A stretch of 64,000 nt of DNA from Dehalococcoidia bacterium (GCA_963664175.2 CAXXOI010000013.1:9784-73783); one strand, 5' to 3'; counted from the stretch's first letter, positions 40,735 to 51,305 are shown. Numbers and translations are program-made. The notes: generated by a model from the sequence alone, not told the origin.

Positions 40735-41195
40735 TTGTCTATGCGCACACTGGTCCAGTTTGACGGCCAAAATCTCTATCGCCTGGCGATGAGGGCATAC
40801 GGACCCGGGCCACCTTATACCTGGCCCAGTTACGATGTCGTTTCGCTGGCCAAAGCCCTCGTATCCAGGGTTCCAGGCCGAATTCTGACCGAGATGCGAT
40901 TCTATACTGGCACTGGCGTCCCCAGCCAGTCCTAAGATGCCTTCTGGCACAAGTTCTGGAACACCAAGCTTAGAGCCCTACAGCGTCAAAGTGTCCATAC
41001 ATACAGGGCCGACTAAGCTCAAACGGTCAGAACGTGCAGGAGAAGGGAGTGGATGTCAGTATGGCCATTGATTTGGTGCAGGCTGCCCATCACCAGAGCT
41101 ATGACCTGGCGATCATTGTGAGTCAGGATTCGGATCTGGCTCCAGCAGTCGCGTTAGCGCGACAGGTGGCTCAAGCCAAAAAACAGAGCTGTTGA
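40735..41195 (+). pseudogene. NYN/LabA-like (PIN-like) domain gene, disrupted
   Basis: TLVQFDGQNLYRLA...FYTG in one frame, stop at 40933-40935, then QEKGVDVSMAIDLVQAAHHQSYDLAIIVSQDSDLAPAV in another frame. Confidence 0.65.
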
Positions 41196-41365
41196 TTTTG
41201 AGTCTGCAATCCCGCAGGTCCCTGGCCGACGTTTATTCGGGATCAGAGGTACTAATTGTCAATATGTTGTCGGTCTACGATCCGGTTACCTGCTAACTGT
41301 TCTGCGAATGTGTCATCCCTATGAGGGATGTAAAGTTGAATCAGTAGGAACAGGCCAGAATCCAA

Positions 41366-42871
41366 GTGCTTAACAGCGTGCTGGAGTACCAGCTTCCCAT
41401 CGCTCAGGCTGCCGAGATCATGGGAGTGAGCGAACGCCACACCAAGCGCCTCCTAGCCGCCTACCGGAAGCACGGTGCCGCCACGCTGGCCCGCGGGAAC
41501 AGGGGCCGCCATCCCCACAGCGCCGTCCCAGAGACGACCGTGCCGCCGTGGTGAAGCTGGCCAGCAATGGCTACGCCGGCGCCAACCACAGCCACTTCAC
41601 CAAGTTGCTGCGCGAGCGGGAGGACATAGACCTGAGCCGTCCCACGGTGCGTCGCATCCTCGTCAGGGCCGGCATCGGCAGTCGCCGGAGCCGCCGCTCC
41701 CAGCAGCACCGCTTCGGCCTGCGGCGCATGCTGGTGCAGATCGACGGCAGCCAGCACCTCTGGCTGGAGAGCCGGGGACCGAAGCTGACGATGCTCATCG
41801 CCGTGGACGACGCCACCGGCACCGTGTCCCAGGCCGTCTTTCACACCACCGAGCAAACCCGCGGCTACCTGGTGCTACTTGAGGGCCTGATCCAGCAGTG
41901 GGGAATCCCCCTGGCCCTCTACAGCGACCGCCACTCGGCCTTCAAGTACAACGCACGTCAGAAGCCGGTGGCTGTCGAGACCACCCAGTTTGCCGGTGTG
42001 CTGCGGAGCTGGGCATCCAGCAGATATTCGCCCTCTCGCCCCAGGCCAAGGGACGTGTGGAGCGGATGCTGGAAACCTTCCAGGACCGGCTGGTAACCGA
42101 GCTGCGCCTAGCGGGCGCCAGCAACATTGACGAGGCCAGCCTGGTGCTGCGTGAATATCTGCCCCGCTTCAACACTCGCTTCTCCGTGGCGGCGGAGCAG
42201 CCGAAGCCGGCCTACCGGCCGGTGCCGGAAGAACTGTCCCTTACCGAGACCATCTGCCTGAAGGACACCCGCAAGGTGGCCCGGGACAACACGGTGAAGT
42301 ACCAGTGACGGATCCTGCAGCTGCTGCCGGGTGCGGAGAGGCCCAGCTATGCTGGTCTCCGGGTGGACGTCTTGGAGCGGGCCGACGGCGAACTGATGAT
42401 CCGGTACCAAGGACAGGCCGTCGATTTTCAGGAGGGACCGCCGCCCACATCAGCCCTGTGGGGCGAGGGCACAGGCCACTCCCCCAGCGCGGAGGGAAGG
42501 AACACAGGTGGTGAGCAGGCCGCCAGCCACCTGGATGAGGACCAGCGAAAACTCCTGGCCGCTCTGGATCCCCGGTGGAGAAACGGACCAGCGTAAAGAG
42601 CGCGGCCGTCAAAGGCCGGACCGGCGAGGCCAAGCCCCTTCGCCACCAGTTGCACCGGAGACCCACAGCGACCCAGAAGGCCCGCTGGGAGGCGGTGCAG
42701 AAAGCCAGGAAACAGGGACAGTCCCTCAGGGTCATCTCCCGGACCTTGGGCATCGCCAAAAACACCGTGAAGAAGTACATGTCTGCTGAAAGCCCGCCCA
42801 CCAAGAAACTCAGCGCCAAAGAGCGTGCCAAGGCCTCGGCCCTGGCCGCATCACCAATGGCCACCGACTAA
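41366..42871 (+). mobile_element. ISNCY-like (rve integrase-core) transposase, multiply frameshifted, plus small HTH ORF
   Basis: N-terminal HTH (AAEIMGVSERHTKRLLAAYRKHGAATLARGNRGR), the core (VQIDGSQHLWLE...LIAVDDATG...ALYSDRHSAF...SPQAKGRVERM) spread over three frames with a stop at 42306-42308, then ORF 42575..42871 with LRVISRTLGIAKNTVKKYM. Confidence 0.75.
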
Positions 42872-42892
42872 CCCGGGTGACATTTTCGCTTT

Positions 42893-43297
42893 TCAATTAG
42901 GGTGACGGAATCGCTGGACAACAACAACATACCTCTGTCCTAATGACCCTGATTTTCGACACACCAGCTTTCCGGCCAGGACTGGGCCGATGCCCTTGAC
43001 CAGGCTGGAGGCCAGGTATCGGCGCACAGCATTGGCGTTGGCGGGCAACTGGGAGCTGTAGCTGTCGGCCCGGAACTGATAGCCGTGGACGGGATGATTT
43101 ATCCACCTGCCTCGCAGTTGCAACCGCTCTCCCGGCTGAATTCCCGGCATGGTCCCGGCGACGGTCACCAGGTCGCGCCTGCCCGGAACCACGAGGCGGC
43201 AGATGGTGAAACCGGACTCCTCCGAGCTGTAGACTAGCCTTTCATCCTCACCGCGTAGCTGTTCCAGGTCATTCGTCATGGGATTCATATTACACAC
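42893..43297 (-). pseudogene. recD2: RecD2 N-terminal fragment (homologous part about 42960-43279)
   Basis: MTNDLEQLRGEDERLVYSSEESGFTICRLVVPGRRDLVTVAGTMPGIQPGERLQLRGRWINHPVHGYQFRA...YLASSLVKGIGPVLAGKLV matches the RecD2 N-terminal OB-like domain. The sequence after LAGKLV is unrelated. Confidence 0.7.
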
Positions 43298-43371
43298 GTC
43301 CCAACTTCCCAGTAACTACGCTCCTGGAGGCACCGGTTCCGGCGTCGTAGCTAGCGCTAGGGGGATGCCAG

Positions 43372-43488
43372 TGCAGTCGACGGCAGTCAGCACCCCCTGG
43401 CTGGAGTACAGGAGGCCGAAGCTTACGCTGCTCATCGCCGTGGACGACGCCAACGGCACCGTGGCCCATGCCGCCCTTCCATACCGCT
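43372..43488 (+). pseudogene. Short fragment of a second ISNCY-like transposase
   Basis: PWLEYRRPKLTLLIAVDDANGTVAHAAL parallels LWLESRGPKLTMLIAVDDATGTVSQAVF of the 41366-42871 element. Confidence 0.45.
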
Positions 43489-43496
43489 GAGGACAC

Positions 43497-43700
43497 CCAC
43501 AGCCACCCGATGCTCCTGAAGGGCCTGCTGCGACGGTTTGGCGGTGCGATGCGCGATCAGCTCGGGGTGCTCTATAAAGTTGGTAGTCGAGTCCATCACC
43601 CCGGTAATCAACACCTTGCCTTCAGGGAGGTCGACGTTCTCCCAGGCTTTCCACTCGTGAGCCTGCCTCGGTCGGTTCCCTCGAACGACATCCCGCTGGC
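43497..43700 (-). pseudogene. Fragment resembling the C-terminus of a cobalamin-independent methionine synthase (MetE-like) family protein
   Basis: The minus strand reads HEWKAWENVDLPEGKVLITGVMDSTTNFIEHPELIAHR. No remainder of the gene is present. Assignment is from memory. Confidence 0.3.
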
Positions 43701-43710
43701 CGGGCCCACC

Positions 43711-45324
43711 TCACCCTACTCGGCCGCCTGAGAAGTAGAAATCGATGATGTCAAACAAGACAATCAGAGATATCTCACCGCCGAAGTAGTCATCAATGGC
43801 GTCAAACAATTCCGGGAGTTCTATGGTGCCGTTCCCGTTCGAGTCGTAGCTCGCTGCAGTCCCGGCGTCGGCCGCGACTGTAACTGTAGAAACCCCACCA
43901 ATATCCACTGATTCCCCGTCAAGGTTCACGAAGGTACCCGTAAACTCGAAGGGCCCTCCGGCTTCAGAGGGCGCTGTTACCTTGTAGATAACATTCGTTA
44001 CCCCCGCGCCTGTCAATACAACATTCACCATGTTGCCGCTCGGGCGGGCAAAGCCTCCGCCGCCGATAAAGTCGACGGAATTGGAGACTAAGCTGAAGCC
44101 CCCTGGCAGCGTTTCCGTAACCGAGCCGCCCTCTTCATAGTCGCTAAGTGCGATGTTGACCGTTAATTCGCCTCCAGGTGCCACTGTAGTTGCGGAAAAA
44201 CTTCTGGTAGCGCTGTGTTCGATCGCTTGAGGCATGGATGCCACAATTTCCAGGAATGTGGTGGCAGTAGTCTGGCCCACCCGGACCCAAACGATCAGGT
44301 AACCCGGTTCGAGCTGCGGCACCAGAACGGTGCTCTCGAAGTGGCCGTCAATGGAGGTGTGAATATCCGGAGGACAGGACCGGACGTCTTGGCCGCCGAT
44401 CTCTATCACTGCTACCTTGTTAAAGGCGGGGAAGTTCCTACCGGTGATGGTGATGTATTCGCCGTTCGAAATGGTGTCCGAACTTAAGGTCACCGTCGCA
44501 TCGGGTCTCTCCTGCGCTGGAGGCACAGGGACAGTTGTGTCAATTTCCAGGGGCGCAGTGGCCGTGGTCTGGCTCACCCTCACCGAGACAGTGTGGATAC
44601 CCGGTTCGAGCAGCGGCACCAGGACGGTGGACTCGAAATCGCCGTCAATGGAGGTGGCGGGAGGGGAACAGGGCCGCACGTCGATGCCGCCGATCTCCAT
44701 CATCGCCACAGCGGCGAAGGCAGGCAAGTTCCTACCGGTGATGGTGATGTTCTCGCCTGACGATATGGTGTCCGTGCTCAAGGTCACTAAAGCGTCCGGA
44801 ACCGTGTGAGTAGCCTTGGCAGTAACGCTCTTGTACCTCCCAATAAGTGAGGTGACCTCTACGTTATGCTTGGAGCCGATGTTGGCGGAGCTGGGAACGA
44901 CAAAATCAATGCTCACAGCACCAGAGGCGTCGACGGAGCCAGTGGTCAGGGTTCGGAACGTGCCGTTGATGTCGTATTTCACCAGCACCAGATCGCGGGA
45001 CGGAAACCCGCTGCCGCTGACGTTCACCGTGGTGCCGCGGCGGCTGGTCGCCGGGTCGAGCGTGATGGAGGCCTTGGGAATCTCGATCGAGCCTTCGGCC
45101 ACGCGGCCGGACCCGACAGCTGCCACCGAGACAGTCTTCTTGCCGAAACCAATACCAGGGCCTCTGGGTGAGCTGGGGACGTTTACGGCGATCACGATGT
45201 TACCAGCGGAGTCGGCTGTGGCGTGAACGACTGCGGTCTGGTTTCCAATGCTGACACTGGAAACCCTGTCGCCAGCAACAAAGCCGCTTCCCTCGATGAG
45301 GATCTGCTGACCAGGCACGGCCAT
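43711..45324 (-). CDS. Secreted IPT/TIG-repeat protein with C-terminal dockerin/EF-hand-like motif
   Basis: Repeated ...ITITGRN(L/F)PAF...IGG(I/Q)DVR...VLVP(L/Q)LEPG... units. C-terminal DSNGNGTIELPELFDAIDDYF. The N-terminal signal may lie in another frame upstream (see findings). Confidence 0.7.
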   Translation of the reverse strand: MAVPGQQILIEGSGFVAGDRVSSVSIGNQTAVVHATADSAGNIVIAVNVPSSPRGPGIGFGKKTVSVAAVGSGRVAEGSIEIPKASITLDPATSRRGTTVNVSGSGFPSRDLVLVKYDINGTFRTLTTGSVDASGAVSIDFVVPSSANIGSKHNVEVTSLIGRYKSVTAKATHTVPDALVTLSTDTISSGENITITGRNLPAFAAVAMMEIGGIDVRPCSPPATSIDGDFESTVLVPLLEPGIHTVSVRVSQTTATAPLEIDTTVPVPPAQERPDATVTLSSDTISNGEYITITGRNFPAFNKVAVIEIGGQDVRSCPPDIHTSIDGHFESTVLVPQLEPGYLIVWVRVGQTTATTFLEIVASMPQAIEHSATRSFSATTVAPGGELTVNIALSDYEEGGSVTETLPGGFSLVSNSVDFIGGGGFARPSGNMVNVVLTGAGVTNVIYKVTAPSEAGGPFEFTGTFVNLDGESVDIGGVSTVTVAADAGTAASYDSNGNGTIELPELFDAIDDYFGGEISLIVLFDIIDFYFSGGRVG

Positions 45325-45770
45325 TGCCGGTTGGATCGTCAGCGCAAGAACGCCTATGTCTTCTTGGCCCTAGTGGTCACCATGATCGCTGTTGCCAGGA
45401 AACCGAAATATTTGAGACTCATTTGCATAACTACCCCTTGCGCGAACCGCAAAATCGGCGTCTACGGGTCACTCTGATTAGACGGAGAAGGCGGCCTGAC
45501 CTTTCCAGTAATACACCCGGCCAACCCAACCGGTATATTCACTGTGGTACGCCTCTTCCCGTTCTTTACAGGAAATCCGATTGAGCCCGTCAGGTATTTC
45601 CAATGTGCTTCCTGCTCGCATGAATTTCATTCTGGGTCGTTCGCGCATAGAGAGACCTCCTAACATCGATGTGGCCGACCTTATCGACGTTCCACGACAC
45701 TTGTGCTACTTTTAGTTCACTCCTCCCCGCGGTCTGTTAGGCAGCAAGCCGCACGCACCAGCGGGGTTTG

Positions 45771-46151
45771 TCATTGGCCAATGACCAGCACCTCAGGCCT
45801 TCTCAGAAGATAATCCACAAGCTGGAATGAAGCGGTCATGGCGCCAGCATGTCGGACATCATTCATATGCGAGTTGTAGAAGTGGCCGTGCAGCTCACCG
45901 ACGACAGCCAGGCTGTTCTGCAGTGGGGGTTCCCTGGGGTCCGCCTGCTGCAGGTGTTCCATCACAAGGCGCCTGGACACCGGGGCGCCGCTGGCCATCA
46001 CAAGCCCGTGGTGGTCAACAATGGCAGCGATGATGTGGTTGATAGCTCCCCACGGCGTCTCGCCGGACGCGGTCAGAATGCCCCTGGCCTGGAGTTCTGA
46101 GCCCAGGATGACCATGCCCCGGGCCTCAGTAAGCCTTTGGGCAGGGGTCAT
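45771..46151 (-). CDS. PaREP1/HEPN-like helical protein (126 aa)
   Basis: ASGETPWGAINHIIAAIVDHHGL...GELHGHFYNSHM resembles the PaREP1 pattern (ASEKxWGAA...LHxNFYE). Its start overlaps the upstream gene by 4 nt (ATGA). Confidence 0.5.
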   Translation of the reverse strand: MTPAQRLTEARGMVILGSELQARGILTASGETPWGAINHIIAAIVDHHGLVMASGAPVSRRLVMEHLQQADPREPPLQNSLAVVGELHGHFYNSHMNDVRHAGAMTASFQLVDYLLRRPEVLVIGQ

Positions 46152-46555
46152 GCGGCCGCGTAGTATTCCTGCAGGCAGCTTACGAACTCCCTGGCGTTCT
46201 TCGGAGACATGAGGGTCTCCTCAATTTCCAGGAAGCGCAGGTGGAAGTTGTCGTACATTGCCCTGGCAGCTTCAAAGCGCACGAAGTGAGACCATTCGGG
46301 GCCGTGTTCTTCGTCCAGGGCGATGGCAAGGCGGAGCAGGTCGTCGTGGTCCTCATGGGGGAGATTTCTGCGCTGGGCCAGGCCAATCATCGTAATCTCG
46401 ATGGCGCTGTACATCATCAGGCCGGCATCCTCGATGTTTCCGGCGCTGATGGCCTTTTCCGCCTGATCAACTTGCCACAGCGGATAATTGGACGTCTCAG
46501 TCATCTTGTCCATTAAAGTCCTCTCGGGCATCCCAATTTTATACCAGGTGGACAT
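46148..46555 (-). CDS. PaREP1/HEPN-like helical protein (135 aa)
   Basis: AEKAISAGNIEDAGLMMYSAIEITMIGLAQRRNL...FEAARAMYDNFHLRFLE (R-x6-H spacing). Paralogous in layout to 45771..46151. Confidence 0.5.
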   Translation of the reverse strand: MSTWYKIGMPERTLMDKMTETSNYPLWQVDQAEKAISAGNIEDAGLMMYSAIEITMIGLAQRRNLPHEDHDDLLRLAIALDEEHGPEWSHFVRFEAARAMYDNFHLRFLEIEETLMSPKNAREFVSCLQEYYAAA

Positions 46556-46595
46556 TGGAGCGTTTCCAGGGGAACGGGCTCCCTTTCAGGCCTTG

Positions 46596-47015
46596 TCATG
46601 GACGTCCAGATACTCTCTCACCATCTTGGCACTGATCACAGTCAGGGCCTCTGACGTAGGCATTCCAACCTTGGAGCCAAGGCTCCACCCCGCCATAGGC
46701 GTGCTGCTTGATTGCCCAAAAGCACTCGTGGCAGATGTACACGTATCGACAGTCTGATTCTCCAAAGGGTTTGTGGACCCATACCGTGCTGATCCGAATC
46801 CCGGCCGACCCGTCCCTGTCGACGGATATTTGCACTGGCCCTCTTTGCCCGCCGGAATTGCATTGCTCACAGATGGGCAAGGCACCTTCTTCAGTAAGAT
46901 GCCGTGAGATACCCCTTCGGGTCTCAAAGGGATCCTGTTCACTCATCTGCGGCATACCTTCTCGACGGGTTTTTGCGGCTGCTGGAGAGTCTCCTGCCAT
47001 GTCTGATAAGTGCAT
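46596..47015 (-). CDS. Hypothetical Cys-rich protein (real start possibly internal)
   Basis: ORF track only. Contains CEQC...CRYVYICHEC...CDQC. No family recognised. Confidence 0.3.
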   Translation of the reverse strand: MHLSDMAGDSPAAAKTRREGMPQMSEQDPFETRRGISRHLTEEGALPICEQCNSGGQRGPVQISVDRDGSAGIRISTVWVHKPFGESDCRYVYICHECFWAIKQHAYGGVEPWLQGWNAYVRGPDCDQCQDGERVSGRP

Positions 47016-47082
47016 TTATCGGACATGTCAGGGGCAACTCCGGAGGGATGAATTTCGGAGGTGGCAGGGCCCCTCCAGAGGG

Positions 47083-47553
47083 CTACTGAGGTGCCTGCGC
47101 CGCCGTCGGAGGGGATATCTGTCCCTCGAGTTGGGCCATTTCAGCGTCCACGGCAGCCTGGCCTTCCACGAGTTCGGCCCTCACCGCCTCCAGGCTCTTG
47201 ATGCGCCCCTCTGCGTCCAGTTCATCCCGGTGTTTCATGGCCTTGACGTACTTCACTAAGGGGCGAATGGACTTTGCTTGGTCCTCGAGTTGCTCAAGTG
47301 CCGCGTACTTCGGGCCGAAGGGCATGCCCCGGGCGACTATCTCCTCGGGCAGCGGCTGGCAGAAGGCACCGTCCACGCACTGCAGTACCTGGCCAGCCTT
47401 CCAGTACTGTCGTCCATCGGAAAGGGTGTAGTTGGCCTTGCGCCTGGTGGGATAGACGTGGTCGTCCCGCCCCATGGAGCGGATGGTCCCGTCCCGGTCG
47501 CGGCGGTAAAACCAGACATGATAGTGGGTGTCCATGCGGACAATTGTACGCAC
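47083..47553 (-). CDS. Hypothetical protein with C-terminal coiled-coil-like region
   Basis: ORF track only; a plausible non-shadow composition. No family recognised. Confidence 0.4.
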   Translation of the reverse strand: MRTIVRMDTHYHVWFYRRDRDGTIRSMGRDDHVYPTRRKANYTLSDGRQYWKAGQVLQCVDGAFCQPLPEEIVARGMPFGPKYAALEQLEDQAKSIRPLVKYVKAMKHRDELDAEGRIKSLEAVRAELVEGQAAVDAEMAQLEGQISPPTAAQAPQ

Positions 47554-48100
47554 ACGGCCTTGAATGCCAATGTTGCTGATCAGCGCCCGAGGGGGGCGGG
47601 CGGCACGGTTCTATCATGATGAACATCCGGTTCGAGGGGAGCAACGTCACCGTGCCTCTGCTGAACTACGCGACGAAAAACCCGGCAGAGCAGACCGCCG
47701 CCGAAACCATGTCCGTCCTCGTCAAGATGGGGGCCACGGACATCCTCACCCACTATGGTCCCGGAGGCATGGCCACCGGCCTGAAATGGCGCATGGAGAC
47801 GGCAACGGGCCCATGGGCTTCTCTCTGCCCATCAACGCCGATGCGGTCTTCGAGATACTAGGCGTGTGGACATTCATCCACACACCGTCAGCGTTGCCGG
47901 GCCTAAAGGCCCGGTGGTGCTGTTCTTCGGTCGTCCGGGCCGGTTCCACCGGCGGTACCGTTTGCTTGTGGGGTGTAGCATAGCCCGCGATACAGCCCTT
48001 CGGGACACGCTAACGGTACTCGATAGACAGTCCCGAGGAGGGAGGCCGGCATCTACGCAAGCCGCCGGAAACTCCAATCCTCGCCTTGCAGTGAGTACGC

Positions 48101-48499
48101 ATGGCCACCCCAGTTCGCATCACTGCACTAGCCGCCTCTGGAGCCGGCTTCATCGCCGGCCTGATCATCCTCCCGCAGAGACACTGCTGCTGGGACGTGA
48201 TCCTGTGGGTCGCGGCGGCCGTCATCATCGGCGCGATGCTTGCGCAGGCACGGCGCTGGCTCTGGCTCGCCCACACCTTGCTCCTCATTGTCGCCGGCTG
48301 GGCGTTCTTCGCCGGCCTCGGCCACGAGCTCGCGGGGCCGGGCGACCCGGTCCTGTTCGGGATCACTTGGGGCGGGCTGCTGTGGCTGCTCACCGCTGGA
48401 CTGCTAGTTGGCAATGCCGGGTGGGCCGTCCTCCGTTTGGTAAGCAGAAACAGAAGGGAGATTCCCAATGGAGCGAGTGGTCGACGACAATACCCGTGA
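48101..48499 (+). CDS. Hypothetical membrane protein (about 4 hydrophobic segments)
   Basis: Hydrophobic stretches in the ORF-track translation. No family recognised. Confidence 0.4.
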   Translation: MATPVRITALAASGAGFIAGLIILPQRHCCWDVILWVAAAVIIGAMLAQARRWLWLAHTLLLIVAGWAFFAGLGHELAGPGDPVLFGITWGGLLWLLTAGLLVGNAGWAVLRLVSRNRREIPNGASGRRQYP

Positions 48500-48599
48500 C
48501 GACTAACCCACTAAACGCGGTGGTTACGTTTGATAGGGCCTGTGGACACTCAGACTGAAAAGATCGTTCTGGAGTCTGCGAAAGGATCATCAGTCATGC

Positions 48600-49500
48600 T
48601 GCTGATGCCAGTGGCAAGGCAAGTTGCGTATTGTATGCTGGGAATTTGTCGCTTGGCTTGTAGACCGTAGCTTTCGCAGTCCTTCGTGTGGACCGGGTCT
48701 CGATGATCCAGGAGGCCAGGTTCACCATCGCGCAGTAGCTGTCGGCCAGCTTGTTGTAGCGGGTGGCCACGGCTCGAAACTGCTTGAGGTCTCAGAAGTA
48801 ATTCTCGACCAGATGGCGGGTCCGGTATTGCAGCGGGCCATACCAGTACTGAACCCGGCGGTTGGCCCGTGGGGGAATGGTTGCCACAGTGCCCTGCGAG
48901 GCAAGCGACAGTCGTATGGGGTCGGAATCGTAGGCCTTTTCGGCGATAAGTTCGCCTGTGGAGACGCCGTCTAGAAGAGTGGTCAGCTCAGGTGCCTCGG
49001 CGGCGTTCCCCAGTCTTATGGTGAACCGGACAAGCCGTCCGGCCTTGTCCACCACCGCCATGAGCTTGGTGGTAAGCCCGCCTCGACTACGGCCGATAGC
49101 CTGCCGCGCAGCCGATTCGTCGAGCGGGCAACCGCTTTTTTTGCGCCAGCGCCGTGCTGGCGGGCCTTGGCAAAGGTTCCGTCGACCATCACGGTCTTCA
49201 AGTCCAGGTTCTCTTCGACAACCTGGAAAACCCGCTCGAACACGCCCGATCGCATCCAGCGGCGGAAGCGCCGGTGCACGGTGTTCCAGTTTCCGAACTC
49301 CTTGGGCAGGTCTCTCCAGGGAGCGCCGGTACGTGTTATCCAGATCATACCCTCCAATGACATTCGGTTGTTGTTTCCACTTCTCCCTGGATCACCTGTC
49401 CGTCCCGGCAGAACCGGCTCAATGAGTGCCCACTGTTTGTCAGTGAGCGTTGTTCGCGCCTCCAACCAATCCCACCCCACACGATTTATGCCTTGGAGGA
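48600..49500 (-). mobile_element. IS5-family (IS427-group-like) insertion sequence with frameshift site; ends not mapped
   Basis: OrfA 49016..49480 (LTDKQWALIEPVLPG...GAPWRDLPKEFGNWNTVHRRFRRW). A7 run on the coding strand at 49136-49142 (GCA AAA AAA GCG). The -1 frame continues GRSRGGLTTKLMAVVDKAGR...AEKAYDSD...HLVENYF[TGA 48792-48794]DLKQFRAVATRYNKLA. Confidence 0.8.
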
Positions 49501-49684
49501 CCCGATTCTAACCTGCAGGATCGCTTGCTGAAACCGGCGATAACCGTACCACGGGACAAGGCGAATCTGATGGAGGACTTGTTGCAGTCTTGCGACCGGT
49601 GCGGAGACCCGGAGGGAATGGTCCCGGATACAGGGGGAAATCACCCTCGGAGGATCTGAATGTCCACAGGCCCTAGCGCCGGAT

Positions 49685-50086
49685 CTATGGACCATGCCCG
49701 AGTGCTGCGCTGATGCGAACTCTGGCAAGCACGTACGCGTGGTGGCCATCGATCCACCCATGGTCTCTCTTCAAGTGATCAGGCACTGACTGACATCGTC
49801 CTTTGCTACTGAAAAGCCGGTGCACTCGTTCTCCATAATTCGGTTGGTGAAGTCCATCCAACTGGCAACCGAAACGCGGTAGATCCAAAGTGTACGACCT
49901 CGTGGGGAACTTTTCCCCTTGCGATGTGACGCTCGTCTCCTTGCCGGAACAATGGGTGCAACTAAACTGAGTACAAGCCCCAACGGCCGGTGGAGCTGCT
50001 CTGACAAAGCCATCCGTCGAGCACGGCGCGTGGTCAATTGTTGTTTTAGTGGAACTCCTCAACGAGCGAATGCGTTGGGAAATCAC
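49685..50086 (-). CDS. Hypothetical 133-aa protein, copy of 2224..2625
   Basis: The ORF-track proteins differ at only a few residues. Confidence 0.3.
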   Translation of the reverse strand: MISQRIRSLRSSTKTTIDHAPCSTDGFVRAAPPAVGACTQFSCTHCSGKETSVTSQGEKFPTRSYTLDLPRFGCQLDGLHQPNYGERVHRLFSSKGRCQSVPDHLKRDHGWIDGHHAYVLARVRISAALGHGP

Positions 50087-50114
50087 ACGAGACGCCTCTC
50101 ATAGCAGGTAGGCG

Positions 50115-51260
50115 ATGGCGCGTGGGACGAATAGGCAGCGTTCGAAAGTCAGGAAGGACTCGTGGACCGTCCAGGTCTACACCGGTGTGGACCCCAACAC
50201 TGAGAGGAAGCGCTATTACTTAAGAAGCTGTCAAGGGGACCAAGACCTTGGCCCAGCACCGACTGACCGAGTTGCTGCGCGAAGTGGACACAGGTACGTT
50301 CGTGGAGCCCTCTCGCCAGACGGTGGCTGCATATCTCGAGCAATGGCTCCGGGATTCAGCGGCGCCCCGTGTCTCCAGCCGTACGCTGGAGAGCTACAAG
50401 GGTAATGTTGATCGCTACCTCGTGACCAAGCTGGGTGAAGTTCCTCTGGAAAAACTTGCCCCTCGTCACGTGCAGGAAATGGAAGCTCAACTCCTAAAGA
50501 AAGGCGGTAGAAATGGAGGGCCACTTTCACCCCGGACCGTGGTCCAAGTCCACAGAGTCTTATCCAAGGCAATGAACGACGCAGTCAAGCTCGGAATCGT
50601 GTTCAGGAACGCGGTCGATGCTGTTGGGCCTCTCCGTACGACCAAGTACGAGGCGCTGTTTCCGGGCTGGGAAGAGGTGCACGCTTTCCTGGACCAAATA
50701 ACGGACCCGCTGCATCAGACCCTGGCCTTGCTGGCCATTCAGACGGGGCTGCGGAGGTCCGAGTTAAGGGGACTCCATTGGAGAGACATTGATTTTTGTG
50801 CCAGCACGCTGTCCGTGCGAAGGGCGCTAATCAAGCTGGCATCCAGCGCGACGGAATTGGAGGTGCCCAAGAATGGCCACGGACGAGTAGTTGACTTGCC
50901 TTCAGAGTCGATCGAGGCTTTGAAGGCTCACCGGGAACGAAATCGGGATACCTCGGGGATTGGCAATTTCGTTTTTTGCCATTCTGATGGGTCTCCCCTC
51001 GATCCTGACCTTGTAAATCAAGCGTTTGAGCGCCTGGCGAAAAGAGGTGGCCTGCCAGGGTTGAGGCTCCACGATCTGCGCCACACTCACGCCTCCTTGA
51101 TGATGTCTCAAGGTATACACACCAAGATAGTCTCCAAACGGTTGGGTATAGTTCCATCGGAATAACGATTGATTTATACTCGAATGTGTTGCCAGCGGTA
51201 CAAGGAGAGGAATTAAGCCATTTGGGGGCTCAGTGGAAGAAAAGGAATGGCAAAAGAATG
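50115..51260 (+). pseudogene. Tyrosine integrase, copy 2, two frameshifts
   Basis: MARGTNRQRSKVRKDSWTVQVYTGVDPNTERKRYYL, then a +1 shift at TTAA (about 50219-50222) into ORF 50248..51165 (GLRRSELRGLHWRDIDF, LRLHDLRHTHAS). A 1-nt deletion near 51147 (GGTTGGGTATAG versus GGTTGGGGTATAG in copy 1) removes the catalytic-Tyr segment from the frame. Confidence 0.9.
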
Positions 51261-51305
51261 GCAAATTCAGACCAAGACGGATAAAATTCTTTCCGTCCTG
51301 AACAC

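Noticed and set aside
40690-40740. GC-rich segment followed by T7 (CCCCCCGGGCGGGTGTTTTTTTG) as an intrinsic terminator
   Set aside because: I could not fold a stem longer than about 4 bp with a viable loop. There is no clearly terminating upstream gene on the plus strand.
47616-47983. Possible phage-related small gene (MMNIRFEGSNVTVPLLNY...) continuing in another frame
   Set aside because: The similarity to a phage protein family is only a vague recollection. The reading frame appears broken and overlaps high-GC shadow ORFs, so there is not enough support to call it.
48792-48794. In-frame TGA in the IS5 transposase as a third selenocysteine site
   Set aside because: No redox motif, no convincing hairpin immediately downstream by eye, and a transposase is not a plausible selenoprotein. 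Treated as a nonsense mutation.
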